Position numbers and translations under genes: made by a program
Shown here: in pieces, positions 40,455 to 50,707 of the stretch
Numbering within the stretch: position 1 is the stretch's first letter
Layout: every line of letters starts with the position of its first letter
The notes under the pieces: model-generated
Told to the model about the DNA's origin: nothing
Databases searched by the model: none
Seen by the model: only the letters and a program-made list of their open reading frames with translations
From: a candidate division FCPU426 bacterium
GTDB lineage: Bacteria; Oederibacteriota; JAAXVQ01; JAUVAV01
Direction of reading: 5' to 3'
DNA length: 64,000 bases
Assembly: GCA_030637655.1 (NCBI GenBank)
Contig: DAOWGI010000092.1
Span: 26,161 to 90,160, forward strand

Positions 40455-41623
40455 CGCTTAGCCAGATACTTTTGGTATGTTTTCCAATGGGAACGAATTT
40501 CTGAGATCGAATCACCGCCAAATTTCTCCTGCCAGGCGGTCACCAGCGTTATGGCCAGCATTGCCTCGCCCACGACCGCGGCTGCCGGCACAGCGCAGAT
40601 ATCCGAGCGTTCATAACCGGCGGCTGAGCGTTGTTTGCTCGACATGTCAATCGATAGTATTGGTTTTTTCAGGGTGGCAATCGGTTTCATGGCCGCTTGC
40701 ACTAAAATCACTTCTCCGGTACTAATGCCGCCTTCCACACCTCCGGCATGATTGGTCTTCCGGCCAAAACCTCCATTGCTTGCTCCTTTATGATATGTAA
40801 TACTATCATGCACTTGAGAGCCTGCCAGAGTAGCCGCTTGAAATCCCAGGCCAAACGCAACCCCTTTAATAGCAGGAATACTCATTATTGCACCGGCCAG
40901 GCGCATATCCAAACGCCGGTCCCAATGCACATGACTGCCCAAACCGGGCACCAACCCCCAGGCAGCTATTGAAAAAATTCCGCCCAGAGTATCACCCGCG
41001 TTCTGGGCCTTAGTAATGGCTCGGCGCATATGTTCAGCGCTCTTTTCATCCGGGCAATGGACATCAGACTTCTCAGCCCTTGCTGCCAGCTGCTTGACTG
41101 CGCCTGTCAGCTGCGGTGCGCGCGCAGCTCCGATCTGGGTTACCCACGATCCCAGTGCAATATCAAAACATTCTAAAAAAACTTTAGCCACTGCGCCCAC
41201 TGCCACCCGGGCAGCGGTTTCCCGGGCCGAGGCTCTCTCCAAAATATCCCGAAAATCCTGACGGTCATACTTCAATGCCCCCACCAGATCAGCATGCCCG
41301 GGACGTGGACACCGCACAACGCGCTTACCGCGAGCTGACGGTTTTTTTTCAACAGCCATAATATCCTGCCAATTCAACCAATCGCGATTCTCGATGCTCA
41401 TGGCCAAAGGCGTGCCCAAAGTCTGTCCATGGCGCAAACCCGCTGTGATCTGCACTTGATCTTTTTCAATCAACATGCGGCCACCCCGACCATACCCGCG
41501 CTGTCTCCGGGCCAATTCCCGGTTGATGCGCTGTGAACTCAGTGACATTCCGGCCGGCAGCCCCTCAATGATCATACTCAATGCTTGGCCGTGAGATTCC
41601 CCGGCCGTTAAATAACGAAACAT
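40451..41623 (-). CDS. aroC: chorismate synthase
   Basis: MFRYLTAGESHGQAL start with full-length AroC homology. Confidence 0.95.
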   Translation of the reverse strand: MFRYLTAGESHGQALSMIIEGLPAGMSLSSQRINRELARRQRGYGRGGRMLIEKDQVQITAGLRHGQTLGTPLAMSIENRDWLNWQDIMAVEKKPSARGKRVVRCPRPGHADLVGALKYDRQDFRDILERASARETAARVAVGAVAKVFLECFDIALGSWVTQIGAARAPQLTGAVKQLAARAEKSDVHCPDEKSAEHMRRAITKAQNAGDTLGGIFSIAAWGLVPGLGSHVHWDRRLDMRLAGAIMSIPAIKGVAFGLGFQAATLAGSQVHDSITYHKGASNGGFGRKTNHAGGVEGGISTGEVILVQAAMKPIATLKKPILSIDMSSKQRSAAGYERSDICAVPAAAVVGEAMLAITLVTAWQEKFGGDSISEIRSHWKTYQKYLAKR

Positions 41624-41662
41624 AAGTCGTGCTCACTTTCCAGTATGAATGTGGATATCCAG

Positions 41663-41690
41663 TAGGGGCGCGATTAATCGCGCCCTTACC
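41663..41690. repeat. REP element, family B (gtaggggcgcgattaatcgcgcccttacc)
   Basis: A GC stem with an ATTAAT loop and a GTAG...CTTACC frame. Related units are 49879-49906 (tagagacgcgattaatcgcgtctctacc) and 46896-46917 (gcgtttaattaaacgcccttac). Confidence 0.75.
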
Positions 41691-41695
41691 ATGCC

Positions 41696-44035
41696 TCATT
41701 CCAAAATATGCGTGGTTAAAAACACAACCAATTCAACCTTATTCTTCGTGCTTACATTGCTCCGAAATAAAAAGCCCAGCAAGGGGATATCTCCCAGCAA
41801 AGGAACTTTAGACTCCCGCATACTTTCTTCATCCCGTACCATACCACCGATCACAATGGTTTCGCCGTCATCCACTAACATTTGCGTGGTCGCAGATCGT
41901 GTACTGGTAATAGGCGGCGAGCCTGTTCCCACCACTGTGGCTACTTCCAGGGTCATAGGATTCAGCAGGACTTGACCCTCTTTGGTGATCTGAGGCTTGA
42001 CTGTCAGACTTATCGGCAGTTCCAGATAATTTACCACATTGGAGACAACACCATTGCTGACATTGCTGGTTGCATAAGGAATGTTCTGACTGGCTTTTAA
42101 AACAGCACTCTTATTGTTCAAAGTGGCAATTCGCGGATTTGAGATGGTATTCACCTTACCCTTGGATTCAAGCGCTGATAAAGTCGCATTCAAATCAATA
42201 CCCTCTTGCAAGGTACCTATAATAATCTGTCCGACTTGTCCTACAGCATCCGGATTGGTACTGGCTGTGAATTGAGGGTCTATGCTCGAACTGATGCTTC
42301 GAGCAGTCCAATTGACACCTAAATCCCGCTGATTGGAGCGTGAGACCTCAACAATCCTGGCTTCAATCATCACTTGCTGCGCTTTAGTATCCAAACTGCG
42401 TATTATTTTAGCGATATGGGTGACCTTTCCCGGGATATCATTAACCACCAGCGAATTTTCGGAATTATTCTCTTGTATGGATCCCAAAGAGGATAGCATG
42501 GGTTGAATCGCGGGCAAGATTTTTTCGGCCTGTGAATAACTCAATACAAAGGTTCGGGTAACCAAACGCCGTTCCACATCCATGCGACGAATGACCTCGC
42601 GCACACGAACCATATCGCTGGGAATGGCGGAAACAATAATGCGATTAGCCGTGGATTCCAATACCACTTTGCCTTTTGCTCCATCTGTCAGAATGGCTTC
42701 TATGGAATCTTTTACATTGGAATCTTTTACTTCCATATTTTTCATAGTAAAGACTCGCGTCTCCACCGGAAATTCAGAAGCCAAACCAATACGCAGGGTA
42801 TTGCCGCTTACCACATAGGCCATTTGGCGGGAACGCAAAATGAAATCCAAAACCGTATTGAACGCCTGTTCCTTAATCGAGAGTGTGACCAGAGCTTGCG
42901 ATTCCTCGATTTTTTCCATACCCGGAGTCAGGACCATGTCAAAACCGGCCTCTGCGGCCAGGGCACGCAACACAGCTCTTAAATCAGCGTTTTGCAAATC
43001 CACGGAAATACGCGAGGTAATATTACCGCGTTTACCAGTGGCTTGAACAGAACCCGGATTATTGAATTCAACTAAAATTTGATTTTGATCTTTAAAAACC
43101 AAATAGGGTGTGGTTTGCGATAACCGCAGGGCAATTTGCACAACCGGTTCTCCCATCACTGTTTTTTGGGCCGCCTTAACACTGCGCACCACACCAATGG
43201 GCAAACGAGGAATCCGTCCATGCCAGGTCAAGTCCGCGCCATGGATTTTGAGAACAAACTTCTTTCCCTGATTGGTTCGTTCCACACGATACCGGACTTG
43301 TCCATTGGTGGTAACGGTAATCCGTGTTTTTTCCCCAAAATCCTGCGCAGTCACATCCACCACTTGATAACCGACTATATCGGTAGTCATTATGGATTTG
43401 CTGTAATGGCTGTTTTTCTTGCTTGCTTGGGGTTTGGCAATAACTGCCTCGCTGCGGGCAGAACCAAATTTCCCGGCATACCGTGCCGGCAAACGCAAGG
43501 TAATACCGCGGCGATGGGTTTCCCGAATCCATTTAACACTCTCATCCAAATCCAAAACCACCCAAACGTTTTCGTCATGCTGCGCCGAACGAATTCTTTT
43601 CAAGGGTGTTTGATTTACCGACAGTCGTGTCGTCTTCCAGGTTAGTAAGGTGTCGTGTACTTTTAAAAGCATCCGGTTTGGTTTGGACAGATAGCTCATG
43701 CTGCTGCTGACTTTCTGCGAGGTAGTAATTTTCACCACCGGCAAACCGTTTTCCGTCTCTACCTGAACCTTAGTTAAGCGCGCGGACCAGGTTGGTTCGG
43801 TGTCGGCTTCAGCTTCCGCCCTGTCTTCAAATCCGCCTTCGTACGGTTCACTCGCGTCGAACTCCCCGGCGGCCGAGGCATCGGCCACCTGTTCAATGCC
43901 AACACCAATAGTACCCTCGGTAGTCACATCATCCAGAGCCCATACCCTAACCGGTGATTGACCTAACCAAAGCACGCTCAACGCTACTATCACGAAGTTC
44001 AGGAATTGTCTCCCCTGCCTTCCAGTTGTATGCAT
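41696..44035 (-). CDS. pilQ: type IV pilus secretin PilQ
   Basis: Signal peptide. C-terminal secretin domain (VPLLGDIPLLGFLFRS...VFLT). Confidence 0.9.
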   Translation of the reverse strand: MHTTGRQGRQFLNFVIVALSVLWLGQSPVRVWALDDVTTEGTIGVGIEQVADASAAGEFDASEPYEGGFEDRAEAEADTEPTWSARLTKVQVETENGLPVVKITTSQKVSSSMSYLSKPNRMLLKVHDTLLTWKTTRLSVNQTPLKRIRSAQHDENVWVVLDLDESVKWIRETHRRGITLRLPARYAGKFGSARSEAVIAKPQASKKNSHYSKSIMTTDIVGYQVVDVTAQDFGEKTRITVTTNGQVRYRVERTNQGKKFVLKIHGADLTWHGRIPRLPIGVVRSVKAAQKTVMGEPVVQIALRLSQTTPYLVFKDQNQILVEFNNPGSVQATGKRGNITSRISVDLQNADLRAVLRALAAEAGFDMVLTPGMEKIEESQALVTLSIKEQAFNTVLDFILRSRQMAYVVSGNTLRIGLASEFPVETRVFTMKNMEVKDSNVKDSIEAILTDGAKGKVVLESTANRIIVSAIPSDMVRVREVIRRMDVERRLVTRTFVLSYSQAEKILPAIQPMLSSLGSIQENNSENSLVVNDIPGKVTHIAKIIRSLDTKAQQVMIEARIVEVSRSNQRDLGVNWTARSISSSIDPQFTASTNPDAVGQVGQIIIGTLQEGIDLNATLSALESKGKVNTISNPRIATLNNKSAVLKASQNIPYATSNVSNGVVSNVVNYLELPISLTVKPQITKEGQVLLNPMTLEVATVVGTGSPPITSTRSATTQMLVDDGETIVIGGMVRDEESMRESKVPLLGDIPLLGFLFRSNVSTKNKVELVVFLTTHILE

Positions 44036-44074
44036 AGGTTGGCGAACGCTCCTTTCATTTTGGTGAAAACGCTC

Positions 44075-44512
44075 TCAGTTCGAGCGAAGCTTAAAAACAA
44101 TCCGCTTCTCATCTTGTATTAATACCACTTCTTTGGGATTCAACACTTTCCCGGTAATCCCCGGAATCGCTTGATGATTTTCGCGGAACAGTTTATTGTC
44201 CTGCAAAATATAACCGAATTTAGTGCCTGTTTGCGAAGCAAATAAGGCCATGGCTTGCTTCGGATTTCGGATCACCCCGGTTAAACGCAAATTCTCAATA
44301 TTCACCTTCTCAATCACATGATGCAAACGACCGGCATACGGTTGCACAAAAGGATCCCGCCGGCCGTGGGCCTCATACTTTATTTTTTTTTGCCGCGGAA
44401 ACGTTTGGGGATCACCAAATCCCGCTACCACCGGCAAGGCAATTCCTGGCAGCAGCAACAATGCGATTGTCGCGTATCCGAATTGCAAACATTTACTGCG
44501 TACGTCGCACAT
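44075..44512 (-). CDS. pilP: pilus assembly protein PilP-like
   Basis: Hydrophobic N-terminus. Conserved GRRDPF motif. Located between pilO and pilQ. Confidence 0.55.
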   Translation of the reverse strand: MCDVRSKCLQFGYATIALLLLPGIALPVVAGFGDPQTFPRQKKIKYEAHGRRDPFVQPYAGRLHHVIEKVNIENLRLTGVIRNPKQAMALFASQTGTKFGYILQDNKLFRENHQAIPGITGKVLNPKEVVLIQDEKRIVFKLRSN

Positions 44513-45035
44513 AAGTCACCAAGGTTATTTGGGCTGAGATGGAATCCGTAGTACCGGTCTTATCCCGGCCTGATATTTGAAAATCTTGTGTGGTTACCAA
44601 ACGCGGCAATGCGTCCAATTTGCCGACAAACATGCCCAAGGCATGATAATCACAGGTAATGGTCAATTGAATCGGTTGTATGAAATAATTTTCTTTTACC
44701 GCCACGTTCTGCGGAGCAAATTGAAAGTCTTTAATATTGCATTCCGCGGCCACGCGAGTGACGTCCTTCAACAATTCCGGCATTCTGGGTTGGCTCGGAA
44801 CACAGTCCTCCAGATTTTGTATTTCCATTTGCAGTTTTCCCATACGTGCCGTGAACTCATCATAACGGGCCACTAATTCCTGGGCTGTAGCCAATTGTTT
44901 CTGTTGGACAACATACGCAGCGTTACGTTCGGCCATACGTTTATGCAACGGCACAAAAGCAAACAGCACATAAAGCACCAGGACCACAACCGCACCGAGA
45001 CCAATGATGATGTAATTCAACAGGTCTTTATTCAT
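44493..45035 (-). CDS. pilO: pilus assembly protein PilO
   Basis: Single N-terminal TM, a coiled coil, and a position consistent with PilO. Confidence 0.65.
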   Translation of the reverse strand: MNKDLLNYIIIGLGAVVVLVLYVLFAFVPLHKRMAERNAAYVVQQKQLATAQELVARYDEFTARMGKLQMEIQNLEDCVPSQPRMPELLKDVTRVAAECNIKDFQFAPQNVAVKENYFIQPIQLTITCDYHALGMFVGKLDALPRLVTTQDFQISGRDKTGTTDSISAQITLVTYVRRTQ

Positions 45036-45612
45036 CCTTTTTCTCCTGAGGTGCCAATTTTTGCGCGTATTCCATTTTCAACTTAAACTGCACTTGCGGT
45101 GTCTGATTGACCTTGGTTTCGGTCAAAGCTTCCAAAGTCACGTTGGTAAACAGTTGCGAATTTTCCAACATAGTCAAGAAATCAGCCACAGCTATTTTAT
45201 GATACGCTTCTCCCTCCAACATCAGTACTAAGACCTGCTCTTTTTCCTCGCGTTGGGAGAGCACTTTGGTCAACCACATGTCGGCCTGGATCTGATCTGC
45301 CAGTTCATCCAGAATGGTTATCCAAACCGGTTGTTCCCGGGTCAATTCTCGTACCATGGCCTGTACGACTGCAATTTTTTTTTCCTGCTCCACCAATCCC
45401 ATTAAGGGACCGGCTTTTTCCGCCACTAATGCTTCAGCTGCTTTTGATTTTCGAATCTTCATCTCAATACGTTTGGTCTGTGCCAGGATGCCCAATAATA
45501 TAAATATCATTATTATTGCCGCCATGGACCCGGTGATAATAATATACGTGTAAAATCGCAGAGCGACTTTGGTCTTCCGTACTTTTGAGGGAAGTAAATT
45601 AATTTGTACCAC
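45028..45612 (-). CDS. pilN: pilus assembly protein PilN
   Basis: N-terminal INLLP motif followed by a TM helix. GTG start. Confidence 0.75.
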   Translation of the reverse strand: MVQINLLPSKVRKTKVALRFYTYIIITGSMAAIIMIFILLGILAQTKRIEMKIRKSKAAEALVAEKAGPLMGLVEQEKKIAVVQAMVRELTREQPVWITILDELADQIQADMWLTKVLSQREEKEQVLVLMLEGEAYHKIAVADFLTMLENSQLFTNVTLEALTETKVNQTPQVQFKLKMEYAQKLAPQEKKDE

Positions 45613-45615
45613 GCA

Positions 45616-46722
45616 TTACTCCATTTGTCTCAGGGCGAGTCCCACCCCAATGTTAAACTTCTGCGCTTGCTCAAAAATAAACTCATGATCAAATTCTTTG
45701 TCCGGAATGATAATCTCGCGAAACGGATCATTGATCTCGACAGCCATATCAAATTTATCCGCTAAATATTTATCCAAACTTCTCAGCTTGCCGGAACCGC
45801 CGGACAGCACAATCCGGGAAATGGATTTCTTGCGAATGGAGCTTTCGTAATAATCAAACGAACGTTGAATCTCTGCGACCAGCTTGTTGAGCACCGGAGT
45901 AATAGCCTCGCCAATGCGCGCCGCATTGTCGTCTTCTTTGGGGATCGACATCTGCATAATATCTTCGGATTCAATCAAGACCTTACCGTCGGTTTTTTTC
46001 AAAGCCTCGGCATCCGCAAAGGTGATATCAAACTCGCGTTGGATTTCACGCGTAAAATTATTTCCTGCCACCGCCACATCACGGGTTAAGTGCGTCACAC
46101 CGTCTTCCAAAACATTAATAGTGGTCAGTTTGGCGCCGATGTTAATCAAACAGATGGTTTCCCCTTCATTCAACCCATAATTTAATTTATAAGAATTCTG
46201 CAGGGCAAAAGTGTCCACCTCAATAGCAATTGGATTTAATCCGACCAATCGAAGCAACTGGACATGCATATCAATAATTTCTTCCTTGGCCGCAACCAGC
46301 AACACCTCTATTTTTTGAATCCCCTCTTCTTCCACTTCTCCCAGAATGAAAAAATCCAAAACTACTTGATCAATGGCCAACGGTATGTACTGTTCCGCTT
46401 CCAGGGAAATAACATTTTTTAGTTCTTCCTCTGACATGAGCGGAAGTTTCACATAACGCACAATCACAGAATCACCGGCAATGGAAGAGACCACGTTTTT
46501 ACAGGTAATTTTATTTTCTTTGAGCACGCTTTTTATTGCTTCGGCGAGCATCTCATTACGCAAGGCAGGATCCGCTTCTTCTTGAATTTCAGAAGCAATT
46601 TGCATGCTGGCCAGGCTCTCCAGACGTTGCCGCTCGCCTTTTTTCTGGAGCTGAACAACTTTCACTGTATGACTTCCGATATCCAAACCAATCAGTTTTC
46701 GGCTTTTAAAGAAATCTAACAC
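45616..46722 (-). CDS. pilM: type IV pilus assembly ATPase-like protein PilM
   Basis: Actin-like fold (IGLDIGSHTVKVVQL). GTG start with an AGGAGG SD 5 nt upstream. Confidence 0.85.
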   Translation of the reverse strand: MLDFFKSRKLIGLDIGSHTVKVVQLQKKGERQRLESLASMQIASEIQEEADPALRNEMLAEAIKSVLKENKITCKNVVSSIAGDSVIVRYVKLPLMSEEELKNVISLEAEQYIPLAIDQVVLDFFILGEVEEEGIQKIEVLLVAAKEEIIDMHVQLLRLVGLNPIAIEVDTFALQNSYKLNYGLNEGETICLINIGAKLTTINVLEDGVTHLTRDVAVAGNNFTREIQREFDITFADAEALKKTDGKVLIESEDIMQMSIPKEDDNAARIGEAITPVLNKLVAEIQRSFDYYESSIRKKSISRIVLSGGSGKLRSLDKYLADKFDMAVEINDPFREIIIPDKEFDHEFIFEQAQKFNIGVGLALRQME

Positions 46723-46895
46723 CCGCGCCTCCTTGTTCTTCTACAACGCAGGTCCCGGTAGCAAAAATTGGGACTGCTGAAAAACCCGAAAAATCCCCTT
46801 TTCTAATTCTAGAGCACATACTTCATGATTTTCTGCCTAGCCCTCGAATAACCTAACACGTACTGGAACTTTTTTCAGCTTCCCAAACGGTAAGA

Positions 46896-46975
46896 GCGTT
46901 TAATTAAACGCCCTTACACGGGCGCACTCAGTGCGCCCCTACAATATCCCCGATTAAAGTCTTCGGGTATGACAA
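46896..46975. repeat. composite repeat: REP-B variant + REP-A unit + half MITE arm
   Basis: gcgtttaattaaacgcccttac is followed by gggcgcactcagtgcgcccctac. The arm atccccgattaaagtcttcgggtatgacaa is homologous to the right half of the 74-bp MITE-like element. Confidence 0.75.
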
Positions 46976-47140
46976 CCCTTTCAGAAAATAACCTTTCCGT
47001 AATAGAAACCAAATCTGCTCCGGAAAATTTTCGACCTTGTACTTTTTATAAGTTTTTTGTTAAAGCTTATTAACGTTCTGCTTTTTTCTTATTATACATC
47101 TTTTTTTGGATTATAAAGACGAATCTCAGAAAAATCAAGA

Positions 47141-47185
47141 AAAAAAGAGCATTCCCGAACTCAGAAAAAATGCTCTTTTCATTTT
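47141..47185 (-). terminator. rho-independent terminator downstream of the pilin gene (bidirectional)
   Basis: 10-bp perfect stem aaagagcatt / aatgctcttt (47145-47178). On the minus-strand transcript it is followed by UUUUUUCUUGAUUUUU. A T-run follows it on the plus strand as well. Confidence 0.6.
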
Positions 47186-47213
47186 TTTACTACATTATCC
47201 TGTGGTTAATAGA

Positions 47214-47708
47214 CTACTGATACCCATACGTTGTGTAAGATATTCCGCTCGTATCAGTGCACGAACTATTGACCCAAATTCGTCCGGTGTTGGATTGCTC
47301 AGGTCCATCATAACGCCATCCAGTACCATAAGTGTTTGGGCATCCCAGGCTGGGTTCATCGGTGAATGATTTATTCGTCACTTCATTTCCTGCCGGACTT
47401 TTTTCAGGATCAGCCGGATAGGTAACCAAGACCTTTGGCATTGCCGGCAAATAATCGCCAAAACCATACCCTGGTGTTTTATCGGAGACATCCAAGGTTG
47501 TGGGCCAGACACCTTCATGATCACCATAATAAATCGAGATGGCTGCTTTGATGGCACTAATATTGGATTTGGTGGCAGCCTCCCGGGATTTTTCCTGCCA
47601 TTCCTGAATATACGGATAGGCCAACGCGGCCAAAATACCTAAGATCGCCACAAACATGGCCCACTCCAAATACGTAAACCCCTGTTGCAATTTAAATACG
47701 TTCCGCAT
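47214..47708 (-). CDS. pilA: type IV pilin (prepilin with class III signal peptide)
   Basis: MRNVFKLQQG / FTYLEWAMFVAILGILAALA shows a 10-aa leader, a G|F cleavage site, Glu at +5 and a hydrophobic helix. AGGAG SD. Confidence 0.8.
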   Translation of the reverse strand: MRNVFKLQQGFTYLEWAMFVAILGILAALAYPYIQEWQEKSREAATKSNISAIKAAISIYYGDHEGVWPTTLDVSDKTPGYGFGDYLPAMPKVLVTYPADPEKSPAGNEVTNKSFTDEPSLGCPNTYGTGWRYDGPEQSNTGRIWVNSSCTDTSGISYTTYGYQ

Positions 47709-47747
47709 ACCTGCTTACTCCTTCTCTTTTTCTATTTTACCTGTCTG

Positions 47748-47774
47748 TAGGGGCACGGCATGCCGTGCCCCTAC
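47748..47774. repeat. REP element, perfect 27/28-bp palindrome gtaggggcacggcatgccgtgcccctac
   Basis: Seen directly. Both the GTAG and CTAC ends are present. It lies between pilT and the pilin gene. Confidence 0.8.
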
Positions 47775-47822
47775 AGATGATGATTATAATTATTTGTGGC
47801 AATTGAAATAAATGTTGTGTCC

Positions 47823-48887
47823 TTACATCGTACCTTTGACAAGCTGTTGCAAATCACGAGGATCCGTGGTGCGCGAAAAAATCTCGTTGTAGGTAACCAG
47901 TTGTTTTTGATATAAATCAAAGAGTGCCTGGTTCATGGTCTGCATCCCATACTCACTGCCGGTTTGCATCACAGAAGTAATCTGATGTTCCTTTTCTTCG
48001 CGGATTAACTTGCGCACCGCCGATGTAGGAACAAGTATCTCACACGCCAGAACGCGTCCGGAAGAATATCCGCGCGGCAATAATTGTTGTGCCAATACGG
48101 CTTGCAACACAATGGACAATTGCATACGCGCTCGAATTTGTTGATGCGGTTCAAAAGCATCAATTAATTTATAAATAGCCTGCACCGAATCCGTGGACTG
48201 CATAGAGGCAAACACCAGGTGCCCGGTTTCCGCCAGATTCAAAGCAGCCTGAATGGTTTCGCGTGTAGTCAACTCGCTGATCAAAACCACATCCGGATCC
48301 GAGCGCATTGCGTGATTCAGTCCTATAATACTTTCCCGGGTGTCAGTCCCAACCTCTCGTTGATTCACAATGGATTTCTGATGATGAAAAATGTATTCCA
48401 CCGGTTCTTCCACGGTCAAGACATGCACAGTCTTGTTGTGGTTAATCCAATCCACCATAGCTGCCAGCGTAGCGGACTTGCCGGAACCTGTTGGTCCGGT
48501 TACCAACACAAACCCTTTTGGCAATTGCACGATGTCCACGATGATAGGGGGCAATCCCAGTTCATCAAAACTCATGCTCTCACCGGGAATACGACGAAGA
48601 TTAGCCGCAATCGTACCCCGTTGTTTAAAAATATTCATCCGCACGCGGCCAATCTTTTCAATCTCAAAAGAGATGGTCAATTCATTATCATGTTCTAATT
48701 TTTCCCGCTGGTCATCGGTCAACACTCTATGTACCAAGGAATTGCACACTTCGGGTTTCAATTTTTCCAAATCGGTTTTAACAATCTCTCCGTCTATGCG
48801 CAAGGCAGGTTCGGCATCCGCTGTAATATGTAAATCTGAAGCATTTTTCTCAAACAGCATGCGAATCAGAGTATCAATAGTTATCAT
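47823..48887 (-). CDS. pilT: twitching motility ATPase PilT
   Basis: Walker A GPTGSGKS. 354 aa. PilT-type C-terminal motif (MQTGSEYGMQTMNQAL). AGGAG SD. Confidence 0.9.
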   Translation of the reverse strand: MITIDTLIRMLFEKNASDLHITADAEPALRIDGEIVKTDLEKLKPEVCNSLVHRVLTDDQREKLEHDNELTISFEIEKIGRVRMNIFKQRGTIAANLRRIPGESMSFDELGLPPIIVDIVQLPKGFVLVTGPTGSGKSATLAAMVDWINHNKTVHVLTVEEPVEYIFHHQKSIVNQREVGTDTRESIIGLNHAMRSDPDVVLISELTTRETIQAALNLAETGHLVFASMQSTDSVQAIYKLIDAFEPHQQIRARMQLSIVLQAVLAQQLLPRGYSSGRVLACEILVPTSAVRKLIREEKEHQITSVMQTGSEYGMQTMNQALFDLYQKQLVTYNEIFSRTTDPRDLQQLVKGTM

Positions 48888-48939
48888 CGGTTTGCTCCTC
48901 TTAAAAAAATTAATTCATTATAGCAAATTTCTGAAGTTT

Positions 48940-49815
48940 TTAAATCGCTATTAATCCTCCGGCTGCCATTAAAGCTGCTTGCATCTTTTGGATCGGAGGT
49001 TTTTTATTGGTCCATAAATAAAACGCTTCCGCGCCCTGGAGCAGCAACATTTTCCAACCAGGAATAAGTACATTTCCTTGCTTTTTCGCAGCGTTCAGAA
49101 AGGGGGTCGGCTTCTTTCCATAGACCAGATCCATGACACATTTCTTTTTTGGCATCCACGCCATTGGCAACGGCAGGGGATCAGTCGCTTTTAATCCCAG
49201 CGGTGTGGCATTGATGACCAAGTCTGCTCTGGCAGCCACAGTCTGCAACGCTGCTGTAAGAGGTTTGACCCCGGCAACTCTGGAAAACCCATTTTTTTTA
49301 ATGTCTCCTATTAACTTGCTTAAACGCCTTTGATCAACATCAACAATGGTAAGACACTTGACTTTGGCTTTTGCCAGTGAAATCGCAACTGCCCGACCGG
49401 CACCACCGCCGCCCAAAAGCAGAGCATTCTTGGCACGTGGTTGAATCACACCTTTGAGACTTTCTAAAAAGCCGTAGCCATCGGTATTGTGACCGATCAT
49501 TTTTCCTTCTTTAAAAACAATAGTATTCACCGCACCGATTTCTTTGGCACTGCCGGCGAAACCATTCAAACTCGTCATTACTTTTTCTTTATATGGAATA
49601 GTGACATTCACGCCCCAGGCATTCATTGCTTGCAGCGATTTCAGCAAGGGTACCAATCCTGCTGCCGGTACACCCAGGGGAATATAAACCGCATCAAGTC
49701 CGTGATGTTCAAAAGCAACATTTTGCATAGCTGGTGATAAAGTATGTTCAATTGGCCAGCCGATCACTCCGGCAATACGGGTTGATCCGGTGATAGCTTT
49801 GGCTTTTAGCATCAT
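48940..49815 (-). CDS. aroE: shikimate dehydrogenase
   Basis: AroE N-terminal substrate motif (GVIGWPIEHTLSPAMQN) and NADP Rossmann motif (LLLGGGGAGRAV). Confidence 0.85.
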   Translation of the reverse strand: MMLKAKAITGSTRIAGVIGWPIEHTLSPAMQNVAFEHHGLDAVYIPLGVPAAGLVPLLKSLQAMNAWGVNVTIPYKEKVMTSLNGFAGSAKEIGAVNTIVFKEGKMIGHNTDGYGFLESLKGVIQPRAKNALLLGGGGAGRAVAISLAKAKVKCLTIVDVDQRRLSKLIGDIKKNGFSRVAGVKPLTAALQTVAARADLVINATPLGLKATDPLPLPMAWMPKKKCVMDLVYGKKPTPFLNAAKKQGNVLIPGWKMLLLQGAEAFYLWTNKKPPIQKMQAALMAAGGLIAI

Positions 49816-49878
49816 AGCGTTTTCCTCATTTTCCGAGTATATTTGTCGGCATTATATCAAACCTCTGGATAAAAACCT

Positions 49879-49906
49879 TAGAGACGCGATTAATCGCGTC
49901 TCTACC
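49879..49906. repeat. REP element, family B (tagagacgcgattaatcgcgtctctacc)
   Basis: Perfect palindrome with an ATTAAT centre and a CTACC tail, immediately downstream of rsmE. Confidence 0.75.
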
Positions 49907-49933
49907 TAAAACAATCTCTGGGTTCTCTGCGCC

Positions 49934-50695
49934 TCAGCGGTACTTTCTCCCCCCAAGATCTCCCCATACAAATTGGGCCAGGGTGACGGCCGTGATGCCG
50001 GCAGTCTCGGACCGCAACACGCGCGAACTCAGTCCAATGGTATATAGGCCTTGCTCCCGCGCTTGGTGTACTTCCTGTTTTGAAAAACCACCCTCTGGCC
50101 CGACCCAGAGTGAAACAGCTTGGACCGGAGCCAGGGAGCGTAATTGGTTCTCCCAATTTTCATGTTCGGGTGATGTTGTAGAAAAAAGAATCCCCACGGA
50201 TGTCTCTAATTTGTGTTCCAGACTCTCTGAAAAAGAACACGGAGATGCAATTTCCGGCAATTGAATCCGACCCGATTGACGCACTGCCTGCCGGGCGATC
50301 TCCTGCCACCGATCCCGGCGATGTTCACGTTCAGCCTTGGGTTTGATTTGCGAATACTCTGAAATCACAGGTACAATCCTGGAAACTCCCAATTCAGTGG
50401 TTTTTTGAATCACCAAATCGAGTTTGCTCCCCCGGGCAAATCCCTGATAAAGGGTAATGGCCAGCCATGATTCCGGATTACGCTGGGTTTCCTCCAACAG
50501 TTCCAGTTCCACCCCGTACTTTACAAACCGAATGACACGGGCAATATATTCTTTTTTCCGACCATCAGAAACAAAAACACGTTCATTAACCTTTAATCGC
50601 AAGGTTTGACAGTGATGAGCATCCGTGCCGGACAAAACCACAGGTCTGTGTTGGAGTGCTTCCGGAGTTAAGATGAAACGAGCTTGGCTACTCAT
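49934..50695 (-). CDS. rsmE: 16S rRNA (uracil1498-N3)-methyltransferase RsmE
   Basis: PUA-like N-terminus plus SPOUT-fold C-terminus (LWVGPEGGFS). Confidence 0.85.
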   Translation of the reverse strand: MSSQARFILTPEALQHRPVVLSGTDAHHCQTLRLKVNERVFVSDGRKKEYIARVIRFVKYGVELELLEETQRNPESWLAITLYQGFARGSKLDLVIQKTTELGVSRIVPVISEYSQIKPKAEREHRRDRWQEIARQAVRQSGRIQLPEIASPCSFSESLEHKLETSVGILFSTTSPEHENWENQLRSLAPVQAVSLWVGPEGGFSKQEVHQAREQGLYTIGLSSRVLRSETAGITAVTLAQFVWGDLGGRKYR

Positions 50696-50707
50696 AGAAT
50701 ATCATTT